51,340 bases of DNA from the NCBI GenBank assembly GCA_016840545.1, contig JAEOSD010000002.1, forward strand, positions 1 to 51,340, written 5' to 3'. Each line of letters starts with the position of its first letter. The first letter of the stretch is position 1. Positions 50,804-51,340 of this stretch are shown here, piece after piece. The translations under genes and the position numbers were made by a program. The notes beneath the pieces were generated by a model that made no database searches, had not been told where the DNA came from, and worked only from the letters and a program-made list of their open reading frames with translations. The DNA is from Promethearchaeota archaeon. GTDB lineage: Archaea > Asgardarchaeota > Lokiarchaeia > Sigyniarchaeales > SOKP01.

Positions 50804-50929
50804 AATACTATACTATATAACATTTTTATTATCTCTATAAGTAGCTTTAAGAATATTATTATTGTTAATCAGAAAAGAACATAGATAATAAACTTTAATT
50901 GATTTTGTCAATGAATATTTTTTAGAGAA

Positions 50930-51340
50930 ATGAATACAAAAGAGATAACTTCTAAATTTAAAATCATTATCGGCGATGTTTTAAAGACATTAGATGATTA
51001 TAGTTCTTTTTTTAATTTGATTATTGCAGATCCACCTTTCGGTATTGATTTCAACAAAAGCTGCCATGAATATGGAGCAGATGGATTCATTTTATATGAA
51101 GATAAATTTGAAGGAAATGAATATGAAAAATTTTCTTATAAATGGATTTCTAAGTGTTATAAAGCCCTTAAACCAAATGGGTGTATGTATATTGTTAGCG
51201 GTTGGACCAATATAGGGGCTATACTTAATGCTATTAAGAATACTAAATTTGTATTAAAAAATCATATTATTTGGTTTTTTGAATGGGGAGTTTTTACTAA
51301 TAAGAAGTATATTACAAGCCATTATCATATTCCATTTTTA
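50930..51340 (+). CDS. DNA methyltransferase (N6-adenine/N4-cytosine, beta-class), 3-prime partial at window end
   Basis: The frame is open from the ATG at 50930 to the last base of the window. Motif IV is IIADPPFG near the N-terminus, followed by LKPNGCMYIVSG. It is absent from the ORF track because it has no stop. Confidence 0.75.
   Translation, partial: MNTKEITSKFKIIIGDVLKTLDDYSSFFNLIIADPPFGIDFNKSCHEYGADGFILYEDKFEGNEYEKFSYKWISKCYKALKPNGCMYIVSGWTNIGAILNAIKNTKFVLKNHIIWFFEWGVFTNKKYITSHYHIPFL

Noticed and set aside
51024-51215. ORF 51024..51215 (+) from the track
   Set aside because: It is out of frame within the methyltransferase reading frame that starts at 50930, which carries the DPPF motif.
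1-51340. CRISPR arrays, tRNA/rRNA genes, IS elements and prophage genes
   Set aside because: I found no regularly spaced short direct repeats, no cloverleaf-like GC-rich islands in the AT-rich spacers, and no transposase, integrase, capsid or terminase motifs in any long ORF. The scan was by eye only, so small ncRNAs cannot be excluded.
1-51340. Eukaryotic or giant-virus origin, suggested by the Rab-like GTPases, TIR, longin-like and PCI-like modules
   Set aside because: Coding is dense and intron-free, with overlapping start/stop junctions and SD-like elements. The anaerobic archaeal or bacterial enzymes (IOR, GRE, Fe-S AKR, CDP-alcohol transferase) favour a prokaryotic, probably Asgard archaeal, genome.

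Overview
This is a 51.3-kb, very AT-rich window (roughly 30% GC by eye, not computed) that is densely coding. I recognise no rRNA, tRNA, CRISPR array, transposase or integrase. The gene content suggests an anaerobic archaeon, most plausibly an Asgard (Lokiarchaeia-like) lineage; this is inference only. It includes indolepyruvate:ferredoxin oxidoreductase, an Fe-S aldo/keto reductase, a glycyl-radical enzyme, a CDP-alcohol phosphatidyltransferase, a heliorhodopsin, two Rab-like small GTPases and longin/roadblock-like proteins. Layout: (1) 0-12.5 kb holds housekeeping and accessory enzymes plus Rab-like GTPase 1. (2) 12.5-15.4 kb holds two longin/roadblock-like plus winged-helix proteins flanking a coiled-coil gene. 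(3) 15.5-30 kb is a membrane glycan/lipid-modification cluster with three GT2s, two radical-SAM enzymes, a LuxE-like adenylating enzyme, a deacetylase, a membrane acyltransferase, alpha/beta hydrolases and a CDP-alcohol transferase; Rab-like GTPase 2 follows it. (4) 32-38 kb carries a glycyl-radical enzyme with a ferredoxin and an ornithine-cyclodeaminase/mu-crystallin enzyme but no activase. (5) 39-46.7 kb is the most unusual locus. It holds two tandem paralogous membrane proteins (649 and 1877 aa) with large extracellular ectodomains, one TM helix and a cytoplasmic TIR-like domain, which is a Toll-like-receptor-like topology. The larger protein also carries a family-5 solute-binding domain and four Ig-like repeats. 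The pair has duplicated promoters, a gene-conversion-like tract and an 82-bp flanking direct repeat that copies the 3-prime end of the upstream gene. (6) 46.9-51.3 kb holds a wHTH plus a possibly ARPP-1/DUF6569-like pair, a heliorhodopsin, a Staygreen (Mg-dechelatase family) homologue and a partial DNA methyltransferase. Three genes have conserved N-terminal sequence upstream of their first canonical start codon, which could reflect frameshifts, homopolymer errors or near-cognate starts. All family calls come from motif recognition by eye; no searches were run.
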